This document shows positions 21,618 to 30,598 of a stretch of 64,000 nt of DNA, piece after piece; position 1 is the first letter of the stretch; the number at the start of each line of letters is the position of its first letter. A program made the position numbers and the translations under genes. Below the pieces are notes generated by a model. It saw only the letters and a program-made list of their open reading frames with translations. It was not told where the DNA came from and ran no database searches. Where the stretch lies: positions 6,164 through 70,163 of the forward strand of contig DASYAV010000155.1 in NCBI GenBank assembly GCA_036501145.1, written 5' to 3'. This DNA is from Streptosporangiaceae bacterium. Its GTDB lineage: Bacteria; Actinomycetota; Actinomycetes; Streptosporangiales; Streptosporangiaceae.

Positions 21618-22520
21618 CTAGCTCCCCGCCAGCGCGCCGGCCGTCAGCCCGCGCACCATCGATCGCTGGACCAGGAAAAACGCCACGATCAGCGGCAAGC
21701 TGGTGATGAGCGAGGCGGCCATCATGCCGCCCCAGTCGGTCTTGAAGGTGCCGCTGAAGCTCTGCAGCAGGCCAGGCGGCAGGGTCTGCCGGTTGTTGCT
21801 GCTGGTGAGGGTCAGCGGGTACAGCAGGTTGTTCCAGGTTTCCATGAAGACGAAGACTCCCGTCGTCACCAGGCCCGGGATCGACAGCGGCACGACGACC
21901 CGCACCAGGATGCCCAGCCTGGAGTAGCCGTCCACCCGTGCGGCCTCCTCGATCTCGCGGGGCACGCCGTCGAAGAAGCCCTTCATCAGCCACGCCCCGA
22001 ACGGGATCGCGAACGTGGTGTAGCCGATGACCAGGCCAAGGTAGGTATTGAGCAGGTGCACGTGCAGCAGCAGCAGGTACAGCGGGCCGATGATGACGAC
22101 GAGCGGGATCATCTGGGTGGCCAGCACCGCGACGCTCGAGATCCCGTTCAGCCGGTAGCCCCCGCGGGAGAAGCTGTACCCGGCCAGCGTGGAGATCGCC
22201 ACCACGACCACTGCCGTGGCGACCGACGTGACGATGCTGTTGATCAGGTAGTTGCCGAACGGCAGCGAGCTGCCGAAAAGCTCCCTGAAGTTGGCGCCGG
22301 TGATCGTATGCGGCCACACGGTCGGGCTCAGGTTGGTGGCTTCCTGCGGGGTCTTCAGCGCGGTGGACAGCATCCAGTAGATCGGCCACAGCGTCCACAC
22401 CGCGAACAACCCGACGATCACGATCACCACCGAGCGGCGCACCAGCCGCCGCCTGGCCCGGCGCGGGCCGGTGGCCGTGGTGGGCTCCGGGCCCGCCGTC
22501 GTGACTGTGCTCACACTCAT
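21618..22520 (-). CDS. carbohydrate ABC transporter permease (MalG-like)
   Basis: ATG 22520 (MSVSTV) in an ATGA overlap with the upstream permease stop. Six-TM CUT1 permease pattern. Confidence 0.85.
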   Translation of the reverse strand: MSVSTVTTAGPEPTTATGPRRARRRLVRRSVVIVIVGLFAVWTLWPIYWMLSTALKTPQEATNLSPTVWPHTITGANFRELFGSSLPFGNYLINSIVTSVATAVVVVAISTLAGYSFSRGGYRLNGISSVAVLATQMIPLVVIIGPLYLLLLHVHLLNTYLGLVIGYTTFAIPFGAWLMKGFFDGVPREIEEAARVDGYSRLGILVRVVVPLSIPGLVTTGVFVFMETWNNLLYPLTLTSSNNRQTLPPGLLQSFSGTFKTDWGGMMAASLITSLPLIVAFFLVQRSMVRGLTAGALAGS

Positions 22521-23416
22521 GCGGTTCTCCTCCGCAGCACCCGGATAAATAGCGATGCCACGATAAGCAGCAGCACCAGCCACACCACGCCGATCGCCGA
22601 GGCGTAGCCCAGCTTGAAGCTGGTGAAGGCGAGTTCGTAGACGTAGACCACCAGCGTGGTCGTCCCGTTCGCCGGGCCGCCGCCGGTCATCGCCCAGATC
22701 AGCGGGAAGTCGTTGAAATTCTGGATGATCATCAGCAGCGCGCCGACCAGGGCGGCGTTGCGCAGGTAGGGCAGCTTGATCCGGACGATCATGGACCAGG
22801 CGCCGGCCCGGTCGATCCTGGCCGCCTCGATCACCTCGTCGGGCACGGCGCCAAGCGCCGCCGTGAACAGCAGCAGGAAGAAGGGCGCCCTGGTCCAGAC
22901 GTTCGCCATGATGACCGCGGCCATCGCCCACGGCGGCGAGGTGAGCCACGGGATGGGCGTGTGGATGATCCCGATCTTCTCCAGCAGCACATTGGTGATG
23001 CCACCGGGGTTGGTGAACATGAACTGGAACAGGAAGGCGACCACGATGACCGGCATCGCCCACGGGGTGAGCAGCACCGCGCGGATGAACCGCCACGGGC
23101 CGCGCAGCCGCTCCAGCGCGAGGGCGAGCACCAGCCCCACCAGCAGACCGGCCACCACGGCAATGCCGGTGTAGATCGCGGTATTCTGCAGCGCTTGCCA
23201 GAACACCGGGTCGTGGACGAGCAGGCGGTAGTTGGCCGCGCCCACGAAGTCGTTCACCGGGAACTGCAGGTTGTAGTTGGACAGCGAGATGATGACCGCG
23301 TCGACGATCGGGTAGCCGACGACGACCGCCAGGATGATCAGGGCAGGCGCGGTCATCCAGTCAAACCACCGGTTGCCCCGGCGTCGCCGGGGCAACCGGC
23401 TGCGAGCCATCCGCAC
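22517..23416 (-). CDS. carbohydrate ABC transporter permease (MalF-like)
   Basis: 299 aa, multi-TM, with the EAA-loop region EAARIDRAGAW. Confidence 0.85.
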   Translation of the reverse strand: MRMARSRLPRRRRGNRWFDWMTAPALIILAVVVGYPIVDAVIISLSNYNLQFPVNDFVGAANYRLLVHDPVFWQALQNTAIYTGIAVVAGLLVGLVLALALERLRGPWRFIRAVLLTPWAMPVIVVAFLFQFMFTNPGGITNVLLEKIGIIHTPIPWLTSPPWAMAAVIMANVWTRAPFFLLLFTAALGAVPDEVIEAARIDRAGAWSMIVRIKLPYLRNAALVGALLMIIQNFNDFPLIWAMTGGGPANGTTTLVVYVYELAFTSFKLGYASAIGVVWLVLLLIVASLFIRVLRRRTA

Positions 23417-23424
23417 CAGCTACC

Positions 23425-24798
23425 TCATCCGCCCAGGTCGGTCTGGAGCTTCGACTGGAGGCCCGAGGCGATGGAGGCGACCGGTGCCGAGGTCGTCATC
23501 GCCTGCTGGATAGCCGCCATCACGTCGAGGTAGACGCTGCTGTAGTACGGGCCCCAGCCCGGGGTGATCTCGGTCGGGATGATGTTCTTGATGAACGACT
23601 GCGAAATCGGGTTGTCCAGCGCGCTGGCGACGGCACCGACCGGATGGGCCAGCGGCGGCACCGAGCCCTCGTACTTGATCGTGTAGTTGAGGACCGCGTC
23701 CTGGTTCGTGACCAGGAAGTTCATGAACTGCCACGCGGCACTCTTGTTGGACGCGTTCTTGAACATCACCAGCTGGTGGCCGCTGGGTGTGGTGACGGAC
23801 TGCTGGCCCGCCGTGGCGGTCGGCAGCTTCGCCACACCCCAGGTGCTGTAGAACTTGCTGTCGCTCATATGGTTGGTGGCCTGCACGACGCCCTTGACGT
23901 ACGGGCCGTCCACGGTGAACGCCACCTGATTGGACGCGGCCGGCTGCCGGAAGTAGCCGCCCTTCTGCCCCTCGGGGGTGTACCCGTCCTTGTCGATCGT
24001 GTGCATGAAGGTCAGGTAGCTCCGCATCGCCGCAGTGTCCGCGGTCGCCGTCTTGCCGGTGAAGGGCACGCCGCCGAAGTTCTTCATGATCGGCCAGTTC
24101 TGGTCCAGGCCGTACTCACGGCTGGTGCTGTCGGTCCCGAAGTCGATGACCTTCGGCTCCTTGGCGTGGATGACCTTGCAGTCGGCCAGCAGCTGGGTCC
24201 AGGTGGTGGGCGGGACCGGCTTCAGCCCGGCCGCCTTCATGACCGTCTTGTTGTACCAGAGCCCGAACGGCCCGGTGGTCCAGGGGATCGCCACCTTCTG
24301 CCCGTTGATCGTGCCCGCGCTCAGCTCGTTCGGGATGATGGACGACTGCCACGAGCTTGTCTCGTAGCTGTTCAGCGGCTGCAGCGTACCGGTCTCGGCG
24401 ACGTCGTGGGTGTACTGGCCCTGCAGTTCGGCGACGTCGGGCGTGTTGCCCGACTTGGCCTCCAGCACGAGCTGATGGTCGATGTCGGTGTAGGAGATCG
24501 GCTCGCTCTTGACGGTGATGCCCGGGTGGAGCGCCTCGAACTTCTTGATCATCGCCGCGATCCCGGGTGCGGTGTTGGATTCAGCCGCGGCCCAGTTCCC
24601 AAACGTGATCACATTCTTGCTGCCGCTGCTGCCGCCGCCACCCGAGCTGCACGCGGCCGCGGCCAGGAGCAGCGCCGCCCCGGCCGCGCCGACCGCGAGT
24701 GGACGCCAGCGCGCCTCGCGGCCTCGAGGACGCCCCGGTGCCTGGGTGGTGCGCCCGTGCCTGCGATGCCGTTCCAGCTGCTGACCAGGATTCCACAT
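23425..24798 (-). CDS. extracellular solute-binding lipoprotein (CUT1 family) for oligosaccharide
   Basis: ATG 24798 preceded by GAGGGAA. Lipobox LLLAAAACSSGG. Family-1 SBP body. Confidence 0.85.
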   Translation of the reverse strand: MWNPGQQLERHRRHGRTTQAPGRPRGREARWRPLAVGAAGAALLLAAAACSSGGGGSSGSKNVITFGNWAAAESNTAPGIAAMIKKFEALHPGITVKSEPISYTDIDHQLVLEAKSGNTPDVAELQGQYTHDVAETGTLQPLNSYETSSWQSSIIPNELSAGTINGQKVAIPWTTGPFGLWYNKTVMKAAGLKPVPPTTWTQLLADCKVIHAKEPKVIDFGTDSTSREYGLDQNWPIMKNFGGVPFTGKTATADTAAMRSYLTFMHTIDKDGYTPEGQKGGYFRQPAASNQVAFTVDGPYVKGVVQATNHMSDSKFYSTWGVAKLPTATAGQQSVTTPSGHQLVMFKNASNKSAAWQFMNFLVTNQDAVLNYTIKYEGSVPPLAHPVGAVASALDNPISQSFIKNIIPTEITPGWGPYYSSVYLDVMAAIQQAMTTSAPVASIASGLQSKLQTDLGG

Positions 24799-24830
24799 TG
24801 CCGTTCCCTCGCCGTCTAGCGTGTCGACCA

Positions 24831-24846
24831 CAGTGGTCTGACCTCT
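24831..24846. promoter_or_regulatory. predicted operator, site 2 (CAGTGGTCTGACCTCT), upstream of the SBP/ABC operon
   Basis: 33 nt upstream of ATG 24798. Downstream of TTGACA (rc of 24888-24893), an 18-nt spacer and CACAGT. Confidence 0.65.
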
Positions 24847-24912
24847 GATCTCCTCTGTGCTGTACTGTGCCGCGCCTGGTGTGCCGGTGTCAACCAGGAC
24901 CGACGCGGCGGG

Positions 24913-27810
24913 CTACCCGGCCCCGATAGCGAAAAAGTGCATGCCCGTGACACGGCCCGATCCCGCGGACCCTCCCGACGGGAGGGTGACGGCCTGGACC
25001 GTCTTGCCCGCCGTCAGCGGGGCCGAAGCGTAGAAAACATAGACCGTGTGGTCATACTGCCCCCTGGGCCGGCCGCCGATCCCCTGTGAGTTCTCATACG
25101 GGAGCGTGGCGGCAACCTGGTCCGCCGATCCCGGCGGGGCGTTGAAGAACCCGTAGAGCGTCAGGGTGTAGCTGCTGGTGGACCCGTCGGTGTAATACAC
25201 CGTGCCGCTGCCCGTCGCGGTGGGCTCGCTGCTGCTCGCGCCCAGGAACCCCAGCGTTGTCCCGCTGCCGGAGACCTGCACCGTCTGGCCCTGCGCGAGC
25301 ACGTTGTCGGGCTGCCCGGCGGGCACGTCCGGCCAGGTAAAGCTGACGCCGCCGTCGGTGACGCTGGCCCCGGGGGCGAGCCCGGCCGCGGCGAGGGCCT
25401 GCCCGGAGTAGCTGTTGCCCACACCATCGAAATTGGCCGAGTCGACGTCGGAGTCGTCGCTGATACCCGCGTTGCCGAACGCCTGCTGCATCGTGGTGGG
25501 CACGAGGAGGCTGGCGGTGGCCTCATCCACCGTGAGCCCGCCGGCGCTCGCCGACGCGGTGAGCTGGTAGGAGCCGGGCGGCGCCTGGCCCGGTGGCAGC
25601 ACCTGGTAGCTCCTGGTCACGCTCTGGCCGGGCCGCAGCACGTAGCGCCAGGAACCCGCCGGTGACACCGTCCAGCCATCCGGGCCGGTCAGCGAGAGAT
25701 CCCCGGCGACGGTCCCGTGGCTCTGGTTGGACAGCGTAGCGGTGGCTGCCGCCGGGCTGCCGGGGACCGCGATGGGCCCCGCCTGCAGCGCCAGGCTGGG
25801 CCGCGACGTCACCTCGTGCCCGGTGAGCTGCAGCAGCGTGACCGAATGCGCCGGGAAGGTGTAGCTGAACGCCCCGGCGCCGGTGGCGGCCGAGCTGCTG
25901 GCCAGGGTAACTGCGTCCGGCTGGTCAGGCGAGTTGTAGGACAGGGAACTGGCGGCGTTCAGGGTCCGGGCCGTGACCAGGCCGCTGTGCTGGTAGGCGA
26001 CGGGGTTGACCGCCGCGGTCACCGCGCCGGACGGGCTGCGGTTGATGCCCAGCAGGTACTCGTGCTGCGCGGTACGGACGGCCAGCACGCTGAGCGTGGG
26101 CACGGACTGGCCGCCGACCGTGGTCAGCACCGGGTTGCCCGGTGTCTGCACCGGTAGCACGCTGCCGCCGGCCAGCGGCGCGAACAGGCCGTACACCTGG
26201 CCGGTCGCCTCCAGGACGGAGCCAGGCCCCGGTGTTCCTATCGCACCCGTCGTGGCGAACGGCGCCGCGCCGGGCAGCCCGGCACAGCACTGCGAGGCGG
26301 GCGGGATCTCCGCGGTCAGCAGCTGCCGGTCGGCGACCGGGATGCCCATGCTGATCCACTCGGCGAGCTGGCTGGCATTCAGCAGCGCCGCGTCAAGGGA
26401 ATCGTGGTAGTAGGGATAACCGTCCGGGTTCGAGCTCAGCAGCTGGCCGTACTCGGTCAGCGCCAGCGGAACCTGCCGCTTGGCGTACTGGCTGATCGTG
26501 GCCTCCAGCTGCGCGGCGGCCTGGGCCTCGTCCGCCGGGGCGGCCATGATCTGCTCCTGGTAGGAGCCGATCGGCACGTCGTTGGCCACCGTGCCCGTCG
26601 ACACATAGGGGTGGTACTGCAGGCAGTCGTAGGGAAGCGTGCTGCCCATCGACTCGATGAAGTCGTCCGAGGTGTCCGCCGAGCAGATCCTGATGCCCGG
26701 GTTCGCTGCCTTCATGGCCCGGTAGAACCCGAGGAATCCATCGTGCGGGCCGGAGACGTAGCTGACGGTGATCTGAGCGCCCTGTGGCGGGATCGCGCCG
26801 TGTGTCCCGTCGCCGAAGGTTATCTCCCCCGACGCGGGGTCCAGCGTGTACACTTGGTCGCCGGGCCCGGCGCCGGCCAGGCTGGCGACCTGAGTCCAGG
26901 CCGAGCCGGCCACGCTGACGGTGGCCGTCCCCGGCGCCACCGGCGGGTACTGGGCGTAGAAGGTCTCCCCCGGCGCGCCCGCGGACTGCGCGGCGGCCGG
27001 TGTCCGGTCGGCGTACTGGACGGCCGGCTGGCTGCTGAAGCTGGTGGAGCCGCCGTAGATGTACAGGCAGGTGGCGACGTTCTGGCACGCTCCCGGTGGC
27101 CCACCCACCGTGACGGGGGTCCCGGACCTCCAGTACAGGCTGAGGTCTTCCTCGTTGCCGACCTCCCAGTAGGGCACGTTGTACGGGGCGCGGTGACCGT
27201 TGCTCACCCGCATGTCGGCCCACTTGCTCGTGCCGGGCTTGCCGGTCATGTAGGAGACGAAGTCCGCCGCTTCCTGGGCGGTGCCGGTGGCGAAGTCGGC
27301 CGTCACGACGCCCTGCGCGCCGGTCGCGTCGAGCAGCTGGCCGAACTCGTCAGGCCCGACCGTGCCGGAGCTGGGACCCTGGGCCGGCCCGAACGCGTTC
27401 GGTGTGCGCTGCGACTGGGGTCCTACGGCGCGCATCCAGTGGAAGACCTCCGCGGTGATGCCCCCCGGATAGCGCAGCGAGCCGGGACCCACCCCGTCCT
27501 TCAGCTGATGCAGGAATCCCGGGTAGAACCCGCCGGCCTGCCCGTCGTAACTTCCCATCCCGCCGAAAGGCCACAGGTAGTCGTGGCCGAGGACGGCCTG
27601 GCCGACCGTGCCCTGCGTGGAGCCCGCGCCGACCACGATCGAGGTGGCCGGCTGCTGGCTGCCCGCCGTCTCCAGCGCGGCGCCGGGGGCGGCGCGGAAC
27701 GCCGCCGTGCCGGCCACCGCGGCCAGCAGCACGGCACAGGTGATGAGCGGGTAGGCACGGCCGCGGCGGTCGCGGGAACCGTACCGCGCGATTCCACCCG
27801 ATCGGGGCAT
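24913..27810 (-). CDS. secreted clan GH-A glycoside hydrolase (GH51 arabinofuranosidase-like TIM barrel) + NEW3-like domain + shared C-terminal module
   Basis: ATG 27810 with GAGGAG RBS; the track start 27894 lies inside the predicted -35. Signal peptide. PGGITAEVFHW...PYWEVGNEEDL catalytic-acid region. Family assignment is tentative. Confidence 0.7.
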   Translation of the reverse strand: MPRSGGIARYGSRDRRGRAYPLITCAVLLAAVAGTAAFRAAPGAALETAGSQQPATSIVVGAGSTQGTVGQAVLGHDYLWPFGGMGSYDGQAGGFYPGFLHQLKDGVGPGSLRYPGGITAEVFHWMRAVGPQSQRTPNAFGPAQGPSSGTVGPDEFGQLLDATGAQGVVTADFATGTAQEAADFVSYMTGKPGTSKWADMRVSNGHRAPYNVPYWEVGNEEDLSLYWRSGTPVTVGGPPGACQNVATCLYIYGGSTSFSSQPAVQYADRTPAAAQSAGAPGETFYAQYPPVAPGTATVSVAGSAWTQVASLAGAGPGDQVYTLDPASGEITFGDGTHGAIPPQGAQITVSYVSGPHDGFLGFYRAMKAANPGIRICSADTSDDFIESMGSTLPYDCLQYHPYVSTGTVANDVPIGSYQEQIMAAPADEAQAAAQLEATISQYAKRQVPLALTEYGQLLSSNPDGYPYYHDSLDAALLNASQLAEWISMGIPVADRQLLTAEIPPASQCCAGLPGAAPFATTGAIGTPGPGSVLEATGQVYGLFAPLAGGSVLPVQTPGNPVLTTVGGQSVPTLSVLAVRTAQHEYLLGINRSPSGAVTAAVNPVAYQHSGLVTARTLNAASSLSYNSPDQPDAVTLASSSAATGAGAFSYTFPAHSVTLLQLTGHEVTSRPSLALQAGPIAVPGSPAAATATLSNQSHGTVAGDLSLTGPDGWTVSPAGSWRYVLRPGQSVTRSYQVLPPGQAPPGSYQLTASASAGGLTVDEATASLLVPTTMQQAFGNAGISDDSDVDSANFDGVGNSYSGQALAAAGLAPGASVTDGGVSFTWPDVPAGQPDNVLAQGQTVQVSGSGTTLGFLGASSSEPTATGSGTVYYTDGSTSSYTLTLYGFFNAPPGSADQVAATLPYENSQGIGGRPRGQYDHTVYVFYASAPLTAGKTVQAVTLPSGGSAGSGRVTGMHFFAIGAG

Positions 27811-27834
27811 GCCGTCTCCTCTCGCCCGTGTGTC

Positions 27835-27850
27835 CGGTGGTCTGACCTCT
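27835..27850. promoter_or_regulatory. predicted operator, site 3 (CGGTGGTCTGACCTCT), upstream of the GH51-like hydrolase
   Basis: 25 nt upstream of ATG 27810. Downstream of TTGACA (rc of 27889-27894), an 18-nt spacer and AAGAGT. Confidence 0.65.
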
Positions 27851-27941
27851 GAACTCTTGGGAACACTCTTCCTGGCTCGGCGGCGGCCTGTCAATCACCT
27901 ACCGGAAGAAGACGGGTAGGCACTGCGATCGCAAGCAGGTA

Positions 27942-27957
27942 AAGTGGTTTGACCATT
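27942..27957. promoter_or_regulatory. predicted operator, site 4 (AAGTGGTTTGACCATT), upstream of the GntR gene itself
   Basis: 42 nt upstream of ATG 27999. Contains the perfect TGGT-N3-ACCA arrangement. Confidence 0.6.
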
Positions 27958-27998
27958 AACCGCTGGACCTGCCGGACAGCCGGGGCGAGGGGGCCGCC

Positions 27999-28841
27999 AT
28001 GGGCGACGACGAGATTTACCCGGCCGGAAAGACACCCGACGGCATTCACCCGGCCGGAAAGACACCCGACGGCAAGCTCTGGACGCCGCTGCGCCAGGGC
28101 ACCGTGTCGGACCTGATCGCACGCCGCATTCTCGAGGTGATCCGCAGCGAGCAGCTGCGTCCCGGGGACCGGCTGCCACCGGAGCGTGAGCTGGCCGCGA
28201 TGCTGGGCACCTCCCGGCCGTCGCTACGGGAGGCGCTGCAGGCGATCAAGGCCCGCGGCTGGGTGGACATCCGGCACGGTTCCGGCGTCTTCGTCGCCGA
28301 CCCGGCCACCACCCGCAGCCTGCGGGAGGCGCTGCTCGCCGAGGAGGTGAGCCTGCGCGAGCTGTTCGACATGCGCGAGGTGCTCGAACTGCCCGCTGCC
28401 GCCTGGGCGGCCAAGAGCGCCGGGAGCGCCAAGCTGGCCGCCGTGCAGCAGGCCTACGACGCGCTGATGGCCGGGGCCGGCAGCGGAGGCGGCGGCAACA
28501 GCGGGGGCGACAGCGGGGAGGCCGTCGACTGGCCGCGGCTGCAGGAACTCGACGCCGCTTTCCACCTGCGCATCGTCGAGGCGGCAGGAAACCGCTTCCT
28601 GGCCAGGACCCAGGGTGTGCTGCAGGAGATCCTCGCCACCGGGATGGACACCACGCTGCGGCTGCCCGGCAGGCTCGGCAAGTCCCGCGGCGAACACGCC
28701 CGCATCCTGGCCGCGGTCATGTCGGGCAACCCGGCCGCGGCGCGGCGGGCCGCGCTCACCCACATCAACAGCGCACGCAAGGCGGCGCTGAGCAGGCTGC
28801 ACGAGCAGCCAGGCGGCCAGCCCGAACAACCCGGTGGCTAG
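27999..28841 (+). CDS. GntR-family transcriptional regulator, FadR subfamily (FCD domain)
   Basis: wHTH ARRILEVIRSEQLRPGDRLPPERELAAMLGTSRPSLREALQ followed by a helical FCD-type C-terminal domain. The N-terminus contains a 10-aa tandem duplication. Confidence 0.85.
   Translation: MGDDEIYPAGKTPDGIHPAGKTPDGKLWTPLRQGTVSDLIARRILEVIRSEQLRPGDRLPPERELAAMLGTSRPSLREALQAIKARGWVDIRHGSGVFVADPATTRSLREALLAEEVSLRELFDMREVLELPAAAWAAKSAGSAKLAAVQQAYDALMAGAGSGGGGNSGGDSGEAVDWPRLQELDAAFHLRIVEAAGNRFLARTQGVLQEILATGMDTTLRLPGRLGKSRGEHARILAAVMSGNPAAARRAALTHINSARKAALSRLHEQPGGQPEQPGG
28015..28074 (+). repeat. 30-bp tandem duplication (2 copies, 29/30 identical) at the 5' end of the GntR gene
   Basis: tt(t/c)ACCCGGCCGGAAAGACACCCGACGGCA twice. 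Encodes IYPAGKTPDG and IHPAGKTPDG. Confidence 0.9.
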
Positions 28842-30364
28842 GGCGAACCGGACGCGCCGGGCAGCGGCCCGCCCGGCGCTTTCTCGCTGATCGAGCTGGC
28901 CGCCTTGCGCACCATGGACAGCGGGCTGGCCACCTCCTCCAGCGATTTGCCCTCGGCGTTGACACCGAGGAAGGCCGCGACCAGGCCGCCCACGATCATC
29001 GCGCCCGCTCCGATCAGATAGCCGACGTAGAGCTTGTTCGGGTCGCTGCCGTCGCCGATCAGGTGACCGTACAGGTGCGAGCCGAGCGAGCCGAAGCCCT
29101 GGGCGATGGCGAAGAACACCGCGATGGCCTGTGCCCGCACCTCGAGCGGGAAGACCTCGCTGGCGGTCAGGTAACCGGCGCTCGCGCCGGCCGAGGCGAA
29201 GAAGAAGATCACCGCCCAGCACAGCGTCTGCGTGGTCGCGTTCAGCGTGCCGGCTTTGAACAGCTGGGCGGTGATCACCAGCAGCACCCCGGACAGGATG
29301 TAGGTGCCGGCGATCATCTTCTTCCGTCCGATCGTGTCGAACAGGCGCCCAATGGTCAGCGGCCCGAGCAGGTTCCCGGCCGCGAAGGCGAGCAGGTAGT
29401 ACGGCGTGTCGGCCGCGGGCACGTGGAAGAAGATGGTCAGCACCAGGCCGTAGGTGAAGAAGATCGCGTTATAGAGGAACGACTGCGTGATCATCAGCGC
29501 GGCGACCAGGGTGCTGCGGGACGGATAGTGCAGGCACAGCACCTTGATGAGTGCCAGGTAACCGGTCTGCGCGGCCGGGACGATCTCGATCGCCTTGCTC
29601 TCATCGAGCGGCGGAAGGCTCTTGCCGCCCTTCGTGGCCTCGGCCTCGATCTGCGCGATGGATGCCTCGGCCTCCTTGGCCCTGCCGTGCATGACCTGCC
29701 AGCGGGGGCTCTCCGGAAGGTTACGCCGGACGTAGATGACGCATAGCCCCAGCACCGGGCCGATCAGGAAGGCTAGCCGCCACCCCAGGCCGGCCGACAC
29801 GTTGTGCAGCAGGATCAGCGTGCCGATGGTCCCTAGGATCGACCCCGCCCAGTAGGTCCCGTTCACCGCGATGTCGATGCGGCCCCGGTACCGCGCCGGG
29901 ATCATCTCGTCGATCGCCGAGTTGATCGCCGCATACTCGCCGCCGATGCCCGCGCCCGCGATGATCCGCGTGATGTAGAGGTAGACCACCCAGCCGCCCG
30001 CGCCCGCCTGCGTGGCGGCGGTGAGGCCGCTGCCCACCAGGTAGACACCGAGCGTGATCATGAACAGATTCCGCCTGCCGAGCTTGTCGGACAGCCGGCC
30101 GAACACCAGGGCCCCGATGATCTGGCCGATCAGGTACCAGGTGGCGATGTCCGCGACGCCCGACGCGGACATGCCGAGCGCGTTGGGATTTGTCAGCTGA
30201 GCGGTAAGGGAACTGGCCACGGTGATCTCGAGGCCGTCCAGGACCCAGGCCACGCCGAGCGCCATCACCATCTTGGTGTGGAACGGCGACCAGCCCAGCC
30301 GGTCGATGCGTGCCGGTACCAGGCTCCTGATAACCGGGCTCGAGGTCTCCGACGCGGCTGCCAT
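28838..30364 (-). CDS. MFS transporter (sugar-porter / metabolite:H+ symporter type)
   Basis: ATG 30364 with GGAGG RBS. 12-TM pattern and GRLSDKLGRRN loop motif. Confidence 0.85.
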   Translation of the reverse strand: MAAASETSSPVIRSLVPARIDRLGWSPFHTKMVMALGVAWVLDGLEITVASSLTAQLTNPNALGMSASGVADIATWYLIGQIIGALVFGRLSDKLGRRNLFMITLGVYLVGSGLTAATQAGAGGWVVYLYITRIIAGAGIGGEYAAINSAIDEMIPARYRGRIDIAVNGTYWAGSILGTIGTLILLHNVSAGLGWRLAFLIGPVLGLCVIYVRRNLPESPRWQVMHGRAKEAEASIAQIEAEATKGGKSLPPLDESKAIEIVPAAQTGYLALIKVLCLHYPSRSTLVAALMITQSFLYNAIFFTYGLVLTIFFHVPAADTPYYLLAFAAGNLLGPLTIGRLFDTIGRKKMIAGTYILSGVLLVITAQLFKAGTLNATTQTLCWAVIFFFASAGASAGYLTASEVFPLEVRAQAIAVFFAIAQGFGSLGSHLYGHLIGDGSDPNKLYVGYLIGAGAMIVGGLVAAFLGVNAEGKSLEEVASPLSMVRKAASSISEKAPGGPLPGASGSP

Positions 30365-30370
30365 AGCCCT

Positions 30371-30404
30371 ACCTCCGGATCGCTGCGGGTGAACCTCCGG
30401 ATCG
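30371..30404. repeat. 12-nt direct repeat ACCTCCGGATCG (period 22) duplicating the MFS ribosome-binding region
   Basis: Copies at 30371-30382 and 30393-30404. In MFS sense each reads CGATCCGGAGGT and so contains GGAGG. Only the proximal copy is followed by an ATG. Confidence 0.75.
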
Positions 30405-30500
30405 TTTCTGTGAACCTGTCCTACCCATTTCTGCTGGGTCATTCGCACTTTCCGGCCCGGCGCCGGCATTCTGCCGGGTCGTGGCCTGGCCGACCGAGAG

Positions 30501-30516
30501 CTTTGGTAAGACCTCT
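30501..30516. promoter_or_regulatory. predicted operator, site 5 (CTTTGGTAAGACCTCT), in the MFS / GH3 divergent region
   Basis: 83 nt upstream of the GH3 ATG 30599 and 137 nt from the MFS ATG 30364. Overlaps a TTGTCA-N18-TAGGCT promoter-like arrangement. Confidence 0.55.
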
Positions 30517-30598
30517 TGTCACCTGGCCACCATCAAAATTAGGCTGGCCGGCAGGCCCGCGCCCCCGCGGGCAGCCGTACCTGGACAGGACAGTGACG

